DNA from: a virus
DNA: 64,000 bases
IMG/VR virus record: IMGVR_UViG_3300028196_000006
Span: 1-64,000 of that record
Direction: 5' to 3' (one strand)
Both the position numbers and the translations under genes were made by a program. This document shows, piece after piece, positions 49,901 to 59,267 of this stretch. The notes below the pieces were generated by a model, which saw only the letters and a list, made by a program, of their open reading frames with translations, was not told the origin of the DNA and made no database searches. Each line of letters begins with the position of its first letter. Position 1 is the first letter of the stretch.

Positions 49901-50224
49901 GCATTAGACAGAATTAACGTTGCTAGATTAGTAATTTACATGAGAAGTCAGTTAAACAAATTAGCGAGACCTTATGTTTTTGAGCCAAATGATAAAATTA
50001 CAAGAGATGAAATCAAAGCTCAAGCAGAAAGTTTATTACTTGAACTAGTTGGTAACAGAGCGATTTATGACTTCTTGGTTGTGTGTGACGAATCAAACAA
50101 CACACCTACTAGGATAGACAGAAACGAGTTGTACTTAGATATTGCTATTGAACCAGTCAAAGCAGTAGAGTTCATCTACGTACCATTAAGATTGAAAAAT
50201 ACTGGCGAAATAGCAGGATTATAA
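46985..50224 (+). CDS. Contractile tail sheath protein, gp18-like, 1079 aa
   Basis: MALVSPGVQVSVIDES, FGDP, PWFAPAGTRRG, RDTLYSNNVNPI, GQKT, ALDRINVARL, FEPND, PVKAVEFIY; promoter CATAAATA at 46936-46943. Confidence 0.95.
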   Translation: MALVSPGVQVSVIDESFYTPAEPGTVPMIFVASATDKTSSSGTGIAQGTTAANAGKVYLMTSQRELAETFGDPIFKTDANNNPINGGETNEYGLQAAYSYLGVANRAYVVRADVDLGQLEATATAPAANPESGTYWFDTAVSKFGIFEWNSASASTTGGQTFSNKIPHVITSATLLNAGVPKTSFGQAGDYAIVATTDANEMFYKKYDGSWVGVGSTAWVASNPTVLGSTATAGYTGTIGSGTTFTITINGGATTITTSGTTATAVASDISGAGVSGLSARVVGGILAIYYDGSNDQDIQLGSGTLDIAIGLGIATGTYYVPKLTTAPHTSVPAYKTGDAESRPTGSLWVKTTTPNSGAKWSVKKFNGTTKLWEDITAPIYSDAETALYNLDRTGGGVNLAVGNLYIDHYTGTNALEQTIFRRESTGSTKITGTAITSGITAGSKTFTIAESIVGQLALNSAVTVSVTPTGAATDADLIAGAINGSGFTNIVASVDSQNRVSIEHNDGGEFDIVDTSGTLGEAGFTGYNYVTKAGTANLYTTSTGFRASNWKILSYTASATAVTTTAANGQLWYSSIVDEVDIMYHNGTDWKGYSAVSSSDPAGPQVKSTAPTTQSDGTALVEGDLWISTADLENYPTIYKWNATSLKWILVDKTDQTTENGILFADARYGTTGGTATVAPTGTIVELLASDFLDTDAPDPALYPKGMLLWNTRRSGFNVKKFTRNYVDVTANNTRGSDSGSSMAAYYPHRWTTESANQVDGSGSFGRIAQKKVVVQSLQAMLNSNQEIRDDESRLFNIMATPGYPELIGEMISLNNDRGLSAFIVGDSPMRLTPDATSLQNWASNVNLAVEDNDNGLVSTDEYLGVFYPSGFTSDNFGNNIVVPSSHMMLRTIALSDQVSFPWFAPAGTRRGGITNASSTGYISNEGEFVSTALNEGQRDTLYSNNVNPITFITGAGLVNYGQKTRFAGSSALDRINVARLVIYMRSQLNKLARPYVFEPNDKITRDEIKAQAESLLLELVGNRAIYDFLVVCDESNNTPTRIDRNELYLDIAIEPVKAVEFIYVPLRLKNTGEIAGL

Positions 50225-50249
50225 TAGATAAATATTATAGGAGAAACAA

Positions 50250-50876
50250 ATGAGTATATCTACACTATCAAAAATTACAGTACCTTTAGACAGTAACCAA
50301 TCTGCTTCTAACCAAGGTCTGTTAATGCCAAAGTTACAGTATCGTTTTAGAGTATCACTAGAAAACTTTGGTGTATCTACACCAACTACTGAACTAACAA
50401 AGCAAGTTGTAGATATTACAAGACCTAATTTAAGTTTCGAAACAACTACTGTTGACGTGTATAACTCTAAAGTTTATCTAGCAGGTAAACACACATGGGA
50501 AACTGTTACACTTACATTAAGAGAAGATGTTAGCAACAACGTACAAAAACTTGTTGGCGAGCAACTACAGAAACAATTTGACTTCTTTGAAATGAGTGCG
50601 GCGGCATCAGGTGCTGATTACAAATTTGTTACTAGAATTGAAATATTAGATGGTGGTAACGGAGCAAACACTCCAAACACATTAGAAACATTTGAATTAT
50701 ACGGTTGCTATATTGAATCAGCAAACTATAATCAATTATCGTACAGTACAAGTGAACCAGTTACTGTAACGTTAGCATTAAGATACGACAATGCTATCCA
50801 AACTCCTCAAGGTTCGGGTGTAGGAACTGCTGTAGGCAGAACTGTAAACACTTTGATTACGGGTGGCGGAGCGTAA
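50250..50876 (+). CDS. Tail tube protein, gp19-like
   Basis: Follows the sheath; PKLQYRFRV, YLAGKHTW, L.YDNA; promoter GATAAATA at 50227-50234. Confidence 0.85.
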   Translation: MSISTLSKITVPLDSNQSASNQGLLMPKLQYRFRVSLENFGVSTPTTELTKQVVDITRPNLSFETTTVDVYNSKVYLAGKHTWETVTLTLREDVSNNVQKLVGEQLQKQFDFFEMSAAASGADYKFVTRIEILDGGNGANTPNTLETFELYGCYIESANYNQLSYSTSEPVTVTLALRYDNAIQTPQGSGVGTAVGRTVNTLITGGGA

Positions 50877-50908
50877 TTTTCGTAAGCATTTATAAATTTA
50901 AAGTATCG

Positions 50909-50936
50909 AAAAGGGGACTTTTTAAGTCCCTTTTTT
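50909..50936 (+). terminator. Rho-independent terminator, potentially bidirectional
   Basis: GGGACTT-TTT-AAGTCCC followed by T6 and preceded by an A-run. Confidence 0.85.
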
Positions 50937-50978
50937 GGTTTTTAACACATCACTTTTTACAGCACATAAATACTGTAC

Positions 50979-52109
50979 ATGGCAAATTTACTCAAAGGTT
51001 TTTTAGACAATGTTCTTAAAGGAACACTCAATCCTAAAGGAAATCTAGCAGATTTCAGCCATGCTTCTAGACTGTATGTAGATGACAGTTTTAGATTAGC
51101 ACCCAAGCAAAAATTTTTATACCATGTGGTTTTTAATATCAACCCAAAAGCGGCAATCACAGATCCGCCATTAAGTAATCATCAACGAGAATTGAACATG
51201 CTGGTGAAGGCGGTAGACTTACCACAATACACTGTGGATATGATTACTGCACAACAATACAACATAAAAAGAAAAATACAAACAAAAATTTCATATGATC
51301 CAATTAACATCACTTTTCATGACGACAACTATGGAGTAACAACTGCATTGTGGGAAACATATTATAGATACTATTTCAATGATGGAAATTATGCCAGTAA
51401 AGATACCCAAGGAAATCAATCCACTAGCACAGACAGAGCTTACAGTAAATCAAATGTATTAAAAGAGAAAAAAAATACCAAAAATAGATTTGGGTTAGAT
51501 TCGGATGCTAATATTCCATTTTTTACAAGTATTCAAATTTATCAAATGGCAAGAAAAACTTACACTTGTTACACATTAGTAAATCCAATTATACAGAGAT
51601 GGCAACACGATTCGATGAACAATCAAGAATCAGCACCAGTACAAAATCAGATGTCGGTTGAATATGAAGCAGTATTTTATTCTAGAGGTAAAGTACAAGC
51701 CAACGGTGCTCCTGCTGGCTTTGGAAAAGAACACTATGACAAAACTCCATCGCCTAACAGTTTATCAGGAGGAGGATCTACAAGTTTACTTGGAACTGGT
51801 GGCGTATTATCAGGATTGTTTGGAGCCAACGATGGCCCATACACATACATTGGTAGTCAACTAGGAGGAGGCAGACAAGGAATAACTCTTGGTTCAATAA
51901 TTAGAACAGCCAATAGATTAAAAAATGCAAAAAAATTATCTAAAGAAGGATTACGTCAAGAAGGATTCAACATCTTAACAGGAGCAATAGGCAGAATAGG
52001 AAATACTGCTGACCAGGCTTATGGTGTGCCAAATACTTTTATAGGCAGAAGTGCTTCTAATATAGGTGCAGGCTTTAAGGCTATAACAAAAGCAGTAATA
52101 AGGAAATAA
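50979..52109 (+). CDS. Tail-tube-fold baseplate protein (gp48/gp54-like)
   Basis: LVKAVDLP, YDPINITFHDD, L.NP.I, MSVEYE tube-like pattern; next to the tube gene. Confidence 0.55.
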   Translation: MANLLKGFLDNVLKGTLNPKGNLADFSHASRLYVDDSFRLAPKQKFLYHVVFNINPKAAITDPPLSNHQRELNMLVKAVDLPQYTVDMITAQQYNIKRKIQTKISYDPINITFHDDNYGVTTALWETYYRYYFNDGNYASKDTQGNQSTSTDRAYSKSNVLKEKKNTKNRFGLDSDANIPFFTSIQIYQMARKTYTCYTLVNPIIQRWQHDSMNNQESAPVQNQMSVEYEAVFYSRGKVQANGAPAGFGKEHYDKTPSPNSLSGGGSTSLLGTGGVLSGLFGANDGPYTYIGSQLGGGRQGITLGSIIRTANRLKNAKKLSKEGLRQEGFNILTGAIGRIGNTADQAYGVPNTFIGRSASNIGAGFKAITKAVIRK

Positions 52110-52472
52110 ATGTCAAACATACCAAAACAAAACAATGATAGTGGTGCACCAGTAAAAGAATTTTTCAATGAATATTTCAATGACACTGTTGCTTTCCCTA
52201 GCAACGATGTTGATGCTGTTGTGGGTTATTTTGAATCAAGAGGCTTTGATAGAACTGCCAGCATATCTACAGCAACAGTGATATTACAACAAGCAAAAAT
52301 AGACGGTGTTAAAGTTTTTGAATTAATAGATACTCTACAAGGTATGGACAAAGTACAATTAAGTTATATTGTTACTGAAATTTTAAATCATAACAGATCA
52401 AATACATCATCACTTGGTTATAAAGTTAAAACTGAAAACAGTCTTTCAGAAAAACGTAACATAGTAGTATAG
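52110..52472 (+). CDS. Hypothetical protein, 120 aa
   Basis: ORF tightly packed between structural genes. Confidence 0.55.
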   Translation: MSNIPKQNNDSGAPVKEFFNEYFNDTVAFPSNDVDAVVGYFESRGFDRTASISTATVILQQAKIDGVKVFELIDTLQGMDKVQLSYIVTEILNHNRSNTSSLGYKVKTENSLSEKRNIVV

Positions 52473-52476
52473 TCCA

Positions 52477-52911
52477 ATGGCGAAGTTCGCTCAAGGTAGA
52501 TATCAAATAAAAAATCCAGACAAATATATTGGGGGACGAACTCCTTTATATAGAAGCAGTTGGGAATTTGCTTTTATGAAGTTTTGTGACGAAAGTCCTA
52601 GCATACAAAAATGGGCTAATGAATCTATAAGGATTCCTTACAAACATCCTATGACAGGAAAGTTTACTATATATGTTCCAGATTTTTTTATTGCCTACAC
52701 AGACAAAAACGGAAGACCTCATGCAGAAGTAATAGAAATTAAACCTGAGAATCAAACATTAGTAGAAAAAGTTGGAAAGAACAGATACAATCAAGCACAA
52801 TTGATTATCAATAAAGCCAAATGGAGCAGTGCTCAAATGTGGTGTAAGAACAAAGGATTCCGTTTCAGAGTGATCAACGAAAAAGATATCTTCCATGGCG
52901 GTAAAAGGTGA
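52477..52911 (+). CDS. Head completion nuclease, T4 gp4-like (TnsA-like PD-(D/E)xK)
   Basis: KNPDKY.G, YRSSWE, W..E...IPY, YVPDF, IEIKP, NKAKW. Confidence 0.88.
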   Translation: MAKFAQGRYQIKNPDKYIGGRTPLYRSSWEFAFMKFCDESPSIQKWANESIRIPYKHPMTGKFTIYVPDFFIAYTDKNGRPHAEVIEIKPENQTLVEKVGKNRYNQAQLIINKAKWSSAQMWCKNKGFRFRVINEKDIFHGGKR

Positions 52912-53441
52912 GTGTTCGTAAAATAAAAGAATGGGCGTGGCCCTTCATTAAAAACTTCCGTACTTACATAGACATTGGTGCTCTCGACGGTGACACATCT
53001 GCTCCATTTGTAAAAGATTTCAAAAAAGTGATAGCATTCGAACCCAGTCCTTTAACATTTCCAAAAATTCCAGACACAGTTGAAAAATACAATGTTGCTT
53101 TAGGCAATCAACATGAGATAAAAACACTTAAAATTCCTGGCGGAACTGGAAATCCTGTTCATGGTAGTCTTGTAAGATATGGTAAAGGTATCATCGAACA
53201 CGAAGTTTCTGTAAAATGTTTAGACGATTACAATTTTGAAGACGTGGATTTTATAAAAATAGATGTGGAATGGTATGAATTAAAAGCATGTCAAGGTGCG
53301 GAAAACACAATTAAAAAATATATGCCTACCATAATGTTTGAAAACAAAAGAAATGAAGCAGATAACTGTATGAGATATTTGCAAACACTGGGATATCAAA
53401 TCAAAAAGTACAAGTCAGAGACCATAGCCTACACTAAATAA
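52908..53441 (+). CDS. FkbM-family methyltransferase
   Basis: IDIGALDG, AFEP, NVALG, LDDY, FIKIDVE; GTG start overlapping the upstream stop. Confidence 0.8.
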   Translation: MSVRKIKEWAWPFIKNFRTYIDIGALDGDTSAPFVKDFKKVIAFEPSPLTFPKIPDTVEKYNVALGNQHEIKTLKIPGGTGNPVHGSLVRYGKGIIEHEVSVKCLDDYNFEDVDFIKIDVEWYELKACQGAENTIKKYMPTIMFENKRNEADNCMRYLQTLGYQIKKYKSETIAYTK

Positions 53442-53454
53442 AAATACATATATT

Positions 53455-53985
53455 ATGACCAAAAAATTAGAAGAACTGCTCAACCTTCCAGAATCACAAG
53501 AGATAGTGAAAGAAGAACAAGAAAAAGCACAGGCAGAAGATAAAAAAACAGAAAAGAAAAGCAAAAGTATTGAACAACAACAAACCACAATGCGAGACAT
53601 TGCCGAGTTTGACAAAATTGCGGCGGCATTACCAAAAGTTGATGGCTTAGGAGAATTAGGAGATTCAGAACTGGATGATGTTGGCACACGTGCTATCACT
53701 GCCTATGAAGATCTCATGGATTTGGGTATGAATGTGGAGAGTAGATATTCTGCTCGTATATTTGAAGTGGCAGGCAATATGTTAAAGACCACATTGGATG
53801 CCAAGGTAGCGAAAATAGATAAAAAATTAAAAATGGTTGATTTACAACTTAAAAAACAAAAACAAGACCAAAAACAGGGCGATTCCGATGCAAATGTGGT
53901 ACAAGGAGAAGGATATGTAATATCTGATCGCAATAGTTTATTGGAGAAACTTAAAAACATGGATAAATACAACGATGACAAGTAA
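53455..53985 (+). CDS. Putative terminase small subunit (gp16-like)
   Basis: Helical; AR.FEVA..ML pattern; lies shortly upstream of the large terminase; promoter ACTAAATA at 53433-53440. Confidence 0.5.
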   Translation: MTKKLEELLNLPESQEIVKEEQEKAQAEDKKTEKKSKSIEQQQTTMRDIAEFDKIAAALPKVDGLGELGDSELDDVGTRAITAYEDLMDLGMNVESRYSARIFEVAGNMLKTTLDAKVAKIDKKLKMVDLQLKKQKQDQKQGDSDANVVQGEGYVISDRNSLLEKLKNMDKYNDDK

Positions 53986-54565
53986 ATTACAACAGTACCT
54001 AGCAGAAAGCACAAAAACATACCCTTTTAAAATAGGTGTAGCAGGCGATTTGCCAGAAGGTTTCGCTGACCATTTAGAATCAGCATTAGAAAAATTTGTA
54101 GTTGTTAAAATGAGCAACGGCAAAAAAACTCCAATACAACAAAGACCATTGGATTTTCCTGCTCTTGAAAATGAAAGAACAACATACTTTGACACAGAAT
54201 TACAATACCCAACAACACCACAAGTTTTACAACAGTTTATTAAAACTTACTGTAACATGCCAGAAAGTCATATCATAGTAAGAAATCCTAATGAGCCACA
54301 AGAAGCATATCAAGAAGAAAAATCAGATGCACCTTACGAAGCAAAATTAAACAGTGCATATGAAGATAGCAAAGACGAACAAAAAACAGTGGGCAATTCG
54401 AGAGTTATGGATTTATTAAAAGAATTAGAAAAAGCACGTAAAGAAAGAAATGCACCAGACGCCGCAGGCGAAATTAAAGCACCAAAAGATGGTGGAGCAA
54501 CTGAAAATGCAGGCGACAGCAAAAACAAAATGTCACCTATTTCAGGCAAGTCGAAAGGTAAATAG
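53975..54565 (+). CDS. Hypothetical late protein, 196 aa
   Basis: Own late promoter at 53962-53969; N-terminal LQQYLAES. Confidence 0.55.
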   Translation: MTSKLQQYLAESTKTYPFKIGVAGDLPEGFADHLESALEKFVVVKMSNGKKTPIQQRPLDFPALENERTTYFDTELQYPTTPQVLQQFIKTYCNMPESHIIVRNPNEPQEAYQEEKSDAPYEAKLNSAYEDSKDEQKTVGNSRVMDLLKELEKARKERNAPDAAGEIKAPKDGGATENAGDSKNKMSPISGKSKGK

Positions 54566-54569
54566 TAGC

Positions 54570-55037
54570 ATGGACATAAGAGATTTTTTAACAAAAATAG
54601 ATGCTATTCAAAGCAAAGAGCAAATGAAAGAAGATGTAAAAAAAATACATCTTAACGAAGCATCACAAGTAATGTTGTATGGAGATACTCCAGAAGACAT
54701 GAATGCTATTGCACAAATTTTTAAAAACGCAGGAGTAACTCCTCCAGCACCAGTTGAAGGTCCAACACCAGAACCAGAACCAGAAGCAGAAGCAGAAGTA
54801 AAAGCAGTTGAAGAAGTTCCTGGAAAAGCATCAACAACACCTGAGCCAGAGTATAAAGATACTCAATACATGACAAAAGATTTATCAGGCGGTATAAACA
54901 AGATCAAAAAAACATATCCTAAAGTTGCTGGTGGAGATAATCCAATGGCTCCAGTACAAAAAACTGAAGAAGAAGTACAATCATCTATCAAAGAAACTCT
55001 ACTTCAAGCATACCAAGACTTTAAGAAAAACGCATAG
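54570..55037 (+). CDS. Hypothetical late protein, acidic and Pro/Glu-rich (possible internal head protein)
   Basis: Start MDIRDFLTKID behind GGTAAATA (54557-54564). Confidence 0.5.
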   Translation: MDIRDFLTKIDAIQSKEQMKEDVKKIHLNEASQVMLYGDTPEDMNAIAQIFKNAGVTPPAPVEGPTPEPEPEAEAEVKAVEEVPGKASTTPEPEYKDTQYMTKDLSGGINKIKKTYPKVAGGDNPMAPVQKTEEEVQSSIKETLLQAYQDFKKNA

Positions 55038-55080
55038 TCAAAAAGCAATTCTCCATCAATTTTCAGCATAAGTATTGTAT

Positions 55081-56664
55081 ATGAGTAATAAAAGTTTAGA
55101 TGGTGTCCTTACCAAAAAAGCACACACAAGAGAAAAATTTACAGAAGAACAAATAGCAGATTTAGTGCATTGTTCAGATCCTAAAAAAGGATACGACTAT
55201 TTTGCAAAAAAATTTTTTTTTATACAACACCCTGTGAGAGGTAAATGTGTTTTTGAACCATTTGGATATCAAACAAAATTGTTGTCCAGTTATCATGATT
55301 TTAGATTTAACATAAACATGCTACCAAGACAGAGTGGTAAAACAACCACAGCCGCTTGTTATCTTTTATGGTATGCAATGTTCCATCCGGATCAAACAAT
55401 ACTAATTGCGGCACACAAATACACAGGTGCTCAAGAGATTATGCAACGTATTAGATACGGATATGAATTGTGTCCTGATTATATTAGAGCTGGTGTAACA
55501 AACTACAACAAAGGATCTATGGAATTTGAAAATGGATCAAGAATTGTATCCGCAACCACAACAGGAAACACTGGTAGAGGTATGTCAATATCTTTACTGT
55601 ATTGTGATGAGTTTGCATTTGTTAACCCCGGCATAGCACAAGAGTTTTGGACATCTATATCACCCACACTGGCAACGGGTGGACGTGCAATTATCACATC
55701 AACACCAAACTCAGATGAAGATGTGTTTGCAACAATTTGGCGTGAAAGTCAAAACAAATTTGATGAGCATGGTAACGAACAAGAATTAGGAATCAATGGA
55801 TTTCATGGATACACAGCATCATGGGACGAACATCCAGACAGAGATGAAGAATGGAAAAAAGAAGAATTAGGACGTATTGGTGAAGAAAGATTCAGACGTG
55901 AATATGGTTGTGAATTTTTGGTTTTTGACGAAACACTAGTAAACAGTCTTGTGTTGACCACATTGGAAGGAAAAGAACCCACACTCAATATGGGACAAAC
56001 ACGCTGGTATAAAAAATTAGACGCTCATGCAACTTATGTGGTGGCACTGGATCCAGCAATGGGAACAGGTGGCGACAATGCCGCAATTGAAGTGTTTGAA
56101 TTGCCTTCATACACACAGGTAGCAGAATGGAAACACAACACAACTCCTATTCCACAACAAATAAGAATCATGCGTGATATTTGCAATCACATAAAAGATG
56201 AAACAAAATCATCAGGCTCAAACATTTATTGGAGCGTGGAAAACAACTCAATAGGCGAATCTGCACTGTTGGTTATAAATGATTTTGGAGAAGATTCTAT
56301 CCCTGGATTGTTTGTTTCAGAGCCTATTAGAAAAGGTCACATAAGAAAGTTTAGAAAAGGATTTAATACCACACACAAAACAAAAATTACTGCATGTTCT
56401 AGATTAAAGAACATGATTGAAAAAGAAAAATTGAAAATATACAGTAAACCTTTGATAAGTGAATTGAAGAGTTTTATTGCTTCGGGTTCATCATTCAAAG
56501 CAAAATCAGGACAAACAGATGATCTGGTCAGTGCTACTTTGTTGATTATGCGTATAATCAGTGTGTTAAAAGATTGGGATCCAAAAATCTATGCATCATT
56601 CAGTCAAGCAGACGAAGATACAGCAGACAGAGTCATGCCAATGCCTATATTTGTAAGCCACTAA
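55081..56664 (+). CDS. Terminase large subunit, gp17-like
   Basis: PRQSGKTT, LLYCDEFAF, ITSTPN, FRREYGCEF, LDPAMGTGGD, ENNSIG, DDLVSA. Confidence 0.95.
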   Translation: MSNKSLDGVLTKKAHTREKFTEEQIADLVHCSDPKKGYDYFAKKFFFIQHPVRGKCVFEPFGYQTKLLSSYHDFRFNINMLPRQSGKTTTAACYLLWYAMFHPDQTILIAAHKYTGAQEIMQRIRYGYELCPDYIRAGVTNYNKGSMEFENGSRIVSATTTGNTGRGMSISLLYCDEFAFVNPGIAQEFWTSISPTLATGGRAIITSTPNSDEDVFATIWRESQNKFDEHGNEQELGINGFHGYTASWDEHPDRDEEWKKEELGRIGEERFRREYGCEFLVFDETLVNSLVLTTLEGKEPTLNMGQTRWYKKLDAHATYVVALDPAMGTGGDNAAIEVFELPSYTQVAEWKHNTTPIPQQIRIMRDICNHIKDETKSSGSNIYWSVENNSIGESALLVINDFGEDSIPGLFVSEPIRKGHIRKFRKGFNTTHKTKITACSRLKNMIEKEKLKIYSKPLISELKSFIASGSSFKAKSGQTDDLVSATLLIMRIISVLKDWDPKIYASFSQADEDTADRVMPMPIFVSH

Positions 56665-56680
56665 CAGATAAATATATTAT

Positions 56681-59134
56681 ATGAACTTAAATGTTATAGC
56701 AAAAGACCTTTTTAACAAGATCAGAGGACAATTTCCACAGGTTACATTGGGAAATTCAAATGGACAAGCAACCACTGAGCCCACTGAAGCAAGGTTCTTT
56801 GACTTTGATTTCAAAGAGAGCGGAAACACCCTAGGAAAGGTAAGTATTAGTATTAGTGAGGAAGATGGGCTGGTTGTAATGCACAGCAAAGACTTTGTTG
56901 AACAGTCAGATGAGCCATTAAAACACGGTTGGTACAACTTTTTAAAAGAATTAAGAAGTTTTGCTAAAGCAAGAGTGCTTGGGTTTGATACAAGAGATAT
57001 CACAAAAAGTAATCTTGAAAAAAGAGACTATGATTTTTTAGGACAAGGTAAAGAGGTAGAAACAGTGAGCGAATCAAATTTATACGGTACAACAAAAACA
57101 AGTTTTCAAACAGTTGGTGAAGCAAGACTAGTAATCAAACATTCAGCACCTGTGAATCCAGCAGTAGCAGGCGGACGTACTCACAGAATAGAATCTCTTT
57201 TTATAGAAAGCAACGCAGGCGAAAGATTCAAATATCCAATCAAACATTTGAACGGTGCTAGAGCAATGGCTCGTCACGTATCAGAAGGTGGAAATCCATT
57301 TGATGACTTTGGTAAACACATTTCAGAAATGAGTGCAGAGTTAAATCAATTAAGAAAATTCAAAACATACATGAACAGATCAAATGTTATGGCAGAAGGC
57401 TTAAAACAATATCAATCTGTTGTGGATGAAAGAATTGAAGAAATTAAATCAAGTTGTTTAAAATTACAAAAACAAAACAACTATAAAGAAACTTTTGAAA
57501 GTTATAGCAAATCAGAATTAGCAGAAGTTCCAGAAGATGTTAAAAAATCTTGGATTGATGAATTAACTATTAAAACATTTAACGAAGAATTACAAGATGT
57601 ATTTCCTTACATCTATAAATTGGTTTCAGAAAGAACAGCAATAGAAGAATTAGGACCAACATCATTTGAAGCACATGGATACCAAGGTGGTGTTGAACCA
57701 AGAACTTTAAAGTACGATCTAGTTGGTGACTTTGATCCTGAAAATCCAATTAGTGATATGGAAATAGACAATGTTCAAAATTTATTATCCAAAGCAGGTA
57801 TTTCAGCAGATGTACAATCTGATCCATCAAACTTTCAAGGTGTAGTTGTACACACAGATAATAATCCAGAAGAAATAGAAAAAGTATTGGGTGGTATGAT
57901 TGAAACTGTGGATAACTTTCATGAGTTTGAATCAGCAATGGACGATATTGTAAGAGAAGATAACGGATTGTTTTCACAAGATGCAGACGAACAAAATTTA
58001 GCACTAGAAAAATTAAACACACTAATGGCAAAACATTTTCCTGTAGGTGTTAATGGTACAAACGGAATTGAAAGTCTAGCAGGTATAATTGATGATCAAG
58101 AATTAAATGCTGAAATTGAAAAAGCGGCAAATGAAGATTCAGATGCTTGTATGCGTCCAATGATAATGGATTATATTTCACAAAAAGATCCTACACTGGT
58201 TTCAAAAATTGAAACAGGCGACATGAACAATGAGCCTAAAGAAGAAGAGGACGTTGCAGAAGGTCATTATCCACATATGAAAAGTTTTGATAAACTTTAT
58301 GGCATAAAGGATGTACAACAATACAAAGCCATGGCGGATGATGCACAATCAATGGACATGGAAGAATTCAAGGACACATACAACAGTACGATTGATATGG
58401 CTGGAGATTTTTATCAAGATCATCAAAAAAATGAAGCAATAACATTTGAAGACATTAAACCTTATGTGTCTATGTACAAAGGTGACGATGGTAAGATGGT
58501 GTATGATATTTTAGACAAAGATGAAAAATCTGTAACAAAATTTAATAATGCCAAAGACGCAATGGAATATCTAAGAAAAAATTTCGACAAATTAAAATCA
58601 AATGATTCAGAAATTAAAAACGAAAACGAAACAGATTACGAAGGTTCAATGGATTATGAATTATCTGGTGATGACGGAGAAGTGGCTCACGGCACAATAC
58701 ACTACAAAGCAATCAACGGTGTGGTTGATCCAAACTCGCTAGAAGGTAGTTATGAATATGATGGCAATCATAAAATTAATGATGACGTAGCAGATGAGAT
58801 GATCAAACCAGGTGGCGAGGAACATGAAGAAGCACTGAAAGCCGCTCAAGAAGATTATGAGTATGAAGCAGGACGTATGAAATCAAAATTTGGCATGGAA
58901 AATCAAGACGATAAAGAGTTAAGCAACAAAGAAGAAACTGTAGAAGATTTTGTTAAAAGTTTCTTTGACTACACATCAAATCAATTTCCTAAAGGTGAAA
59001 CAGCAGTATTAACTTCAGTAGAAAAGAAATTTGGCGACAATGCTGTGAAGACTGCACAGGAAACAATCCAAAACTTAATGGCAAATAAAGATCCCGAAAT
59101 TGCCAAAATCAAAAAACTAGCAGGCGTTCAATAA
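56681..59134 (+). CDS. Large acidic late protein, 817 aa (possible internal head protein)
   Basis: Late promoter at 56667-56674; Asp/Glu-rich C-terminal half; ends IKKLAGVQ. Confidence 0.5.
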   Translation: MNLNVIAKDLFNKIRGQFPQVTLGNSNGQATTEPTEARFFDFDFKESGNTLGKVSISISEEDGLVVMHSKDFVEQSDEPLKHGWYNFLKELRSFAKARVLGFDTRDITKSNLEKRDYDFLGQGKEVETVSESNLYGTTKTSFQTVGEARLVIKHSAPVNPAVAGGRTHRIESLFIESNAGERFKYPIKHLNGARAMARHVSEGGNPFDDFGKHISEMSAELNQLRKFKTYMNRSNVMAEGLKQYQSVVDERIEEIKSSCLKLQKQNNYKETFESYSKSELAEVPEDVKKSWIDELTIKTFNEELQDVFPYIYKLVSERTAIEELGPTSFEAHGYQGGVEPRTLKYDLVGDFDPENPISDMEIDNVQNLLSKAGISADVQSDPSNFQGVVVHTDNNPEEIEKVLGGMIETVDNFHEFESAMDDIVREDNGLFSQDADEQNLALEKLNTLMAKHFPVGVNGTNGIESLAGIIDDQELNAEIEKAANEDSDACMRPMIMDYISQKDPTLVSKIETGDMNNEPKEEEDVAEGHYPHMKSFDKLYGIKDVQQYKAMADDAQSMDMEEFKDTYNSTIDMAGDFYQDHQKNEAITFEDIKPYVSMYKGDDGKMVYDILDKDEKSVTKFNNAKDAMEYLRKNFDKLKSNDSEIKNENETDYEGSMDYELSGDDGEVAHGTIHYKAINGVVDPNSLEGSYEYDGNHKINDDVADEMIKPGGEEHEEALKAAQEDYEYEAGRMKSKFGMENQDDKELSNKEETVEDFVKSFFDYTSNQFPKGETAVLTSVEKKFGDNAVKTAQETIQNLMANKDPEIAKIKKLAGVQ

Positions 59135-59153
59135 AAAACTTTACCATTATCGG

Positions 59154-59182
59154 TTGACTAAATAGTAATATTAGTATATTAT
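59154..59182 (+). promoter_or_regulatory. Sigma70-type promoter overlapping a late-promoter-like ACTAAATA, upstream of gp32
   Basis: TTGACT-17 nt-TATTAT; ACTAAATA at 59157-59164. Confidence 0.6.
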
Positions 59183-59267
59183 TTGACTTAATGTTATTTG
59201 TATATACTAATATTTTAAAGGCACATAACATAATAAAAAACAGGCATAATAAAGGAGGCTTAAGATT

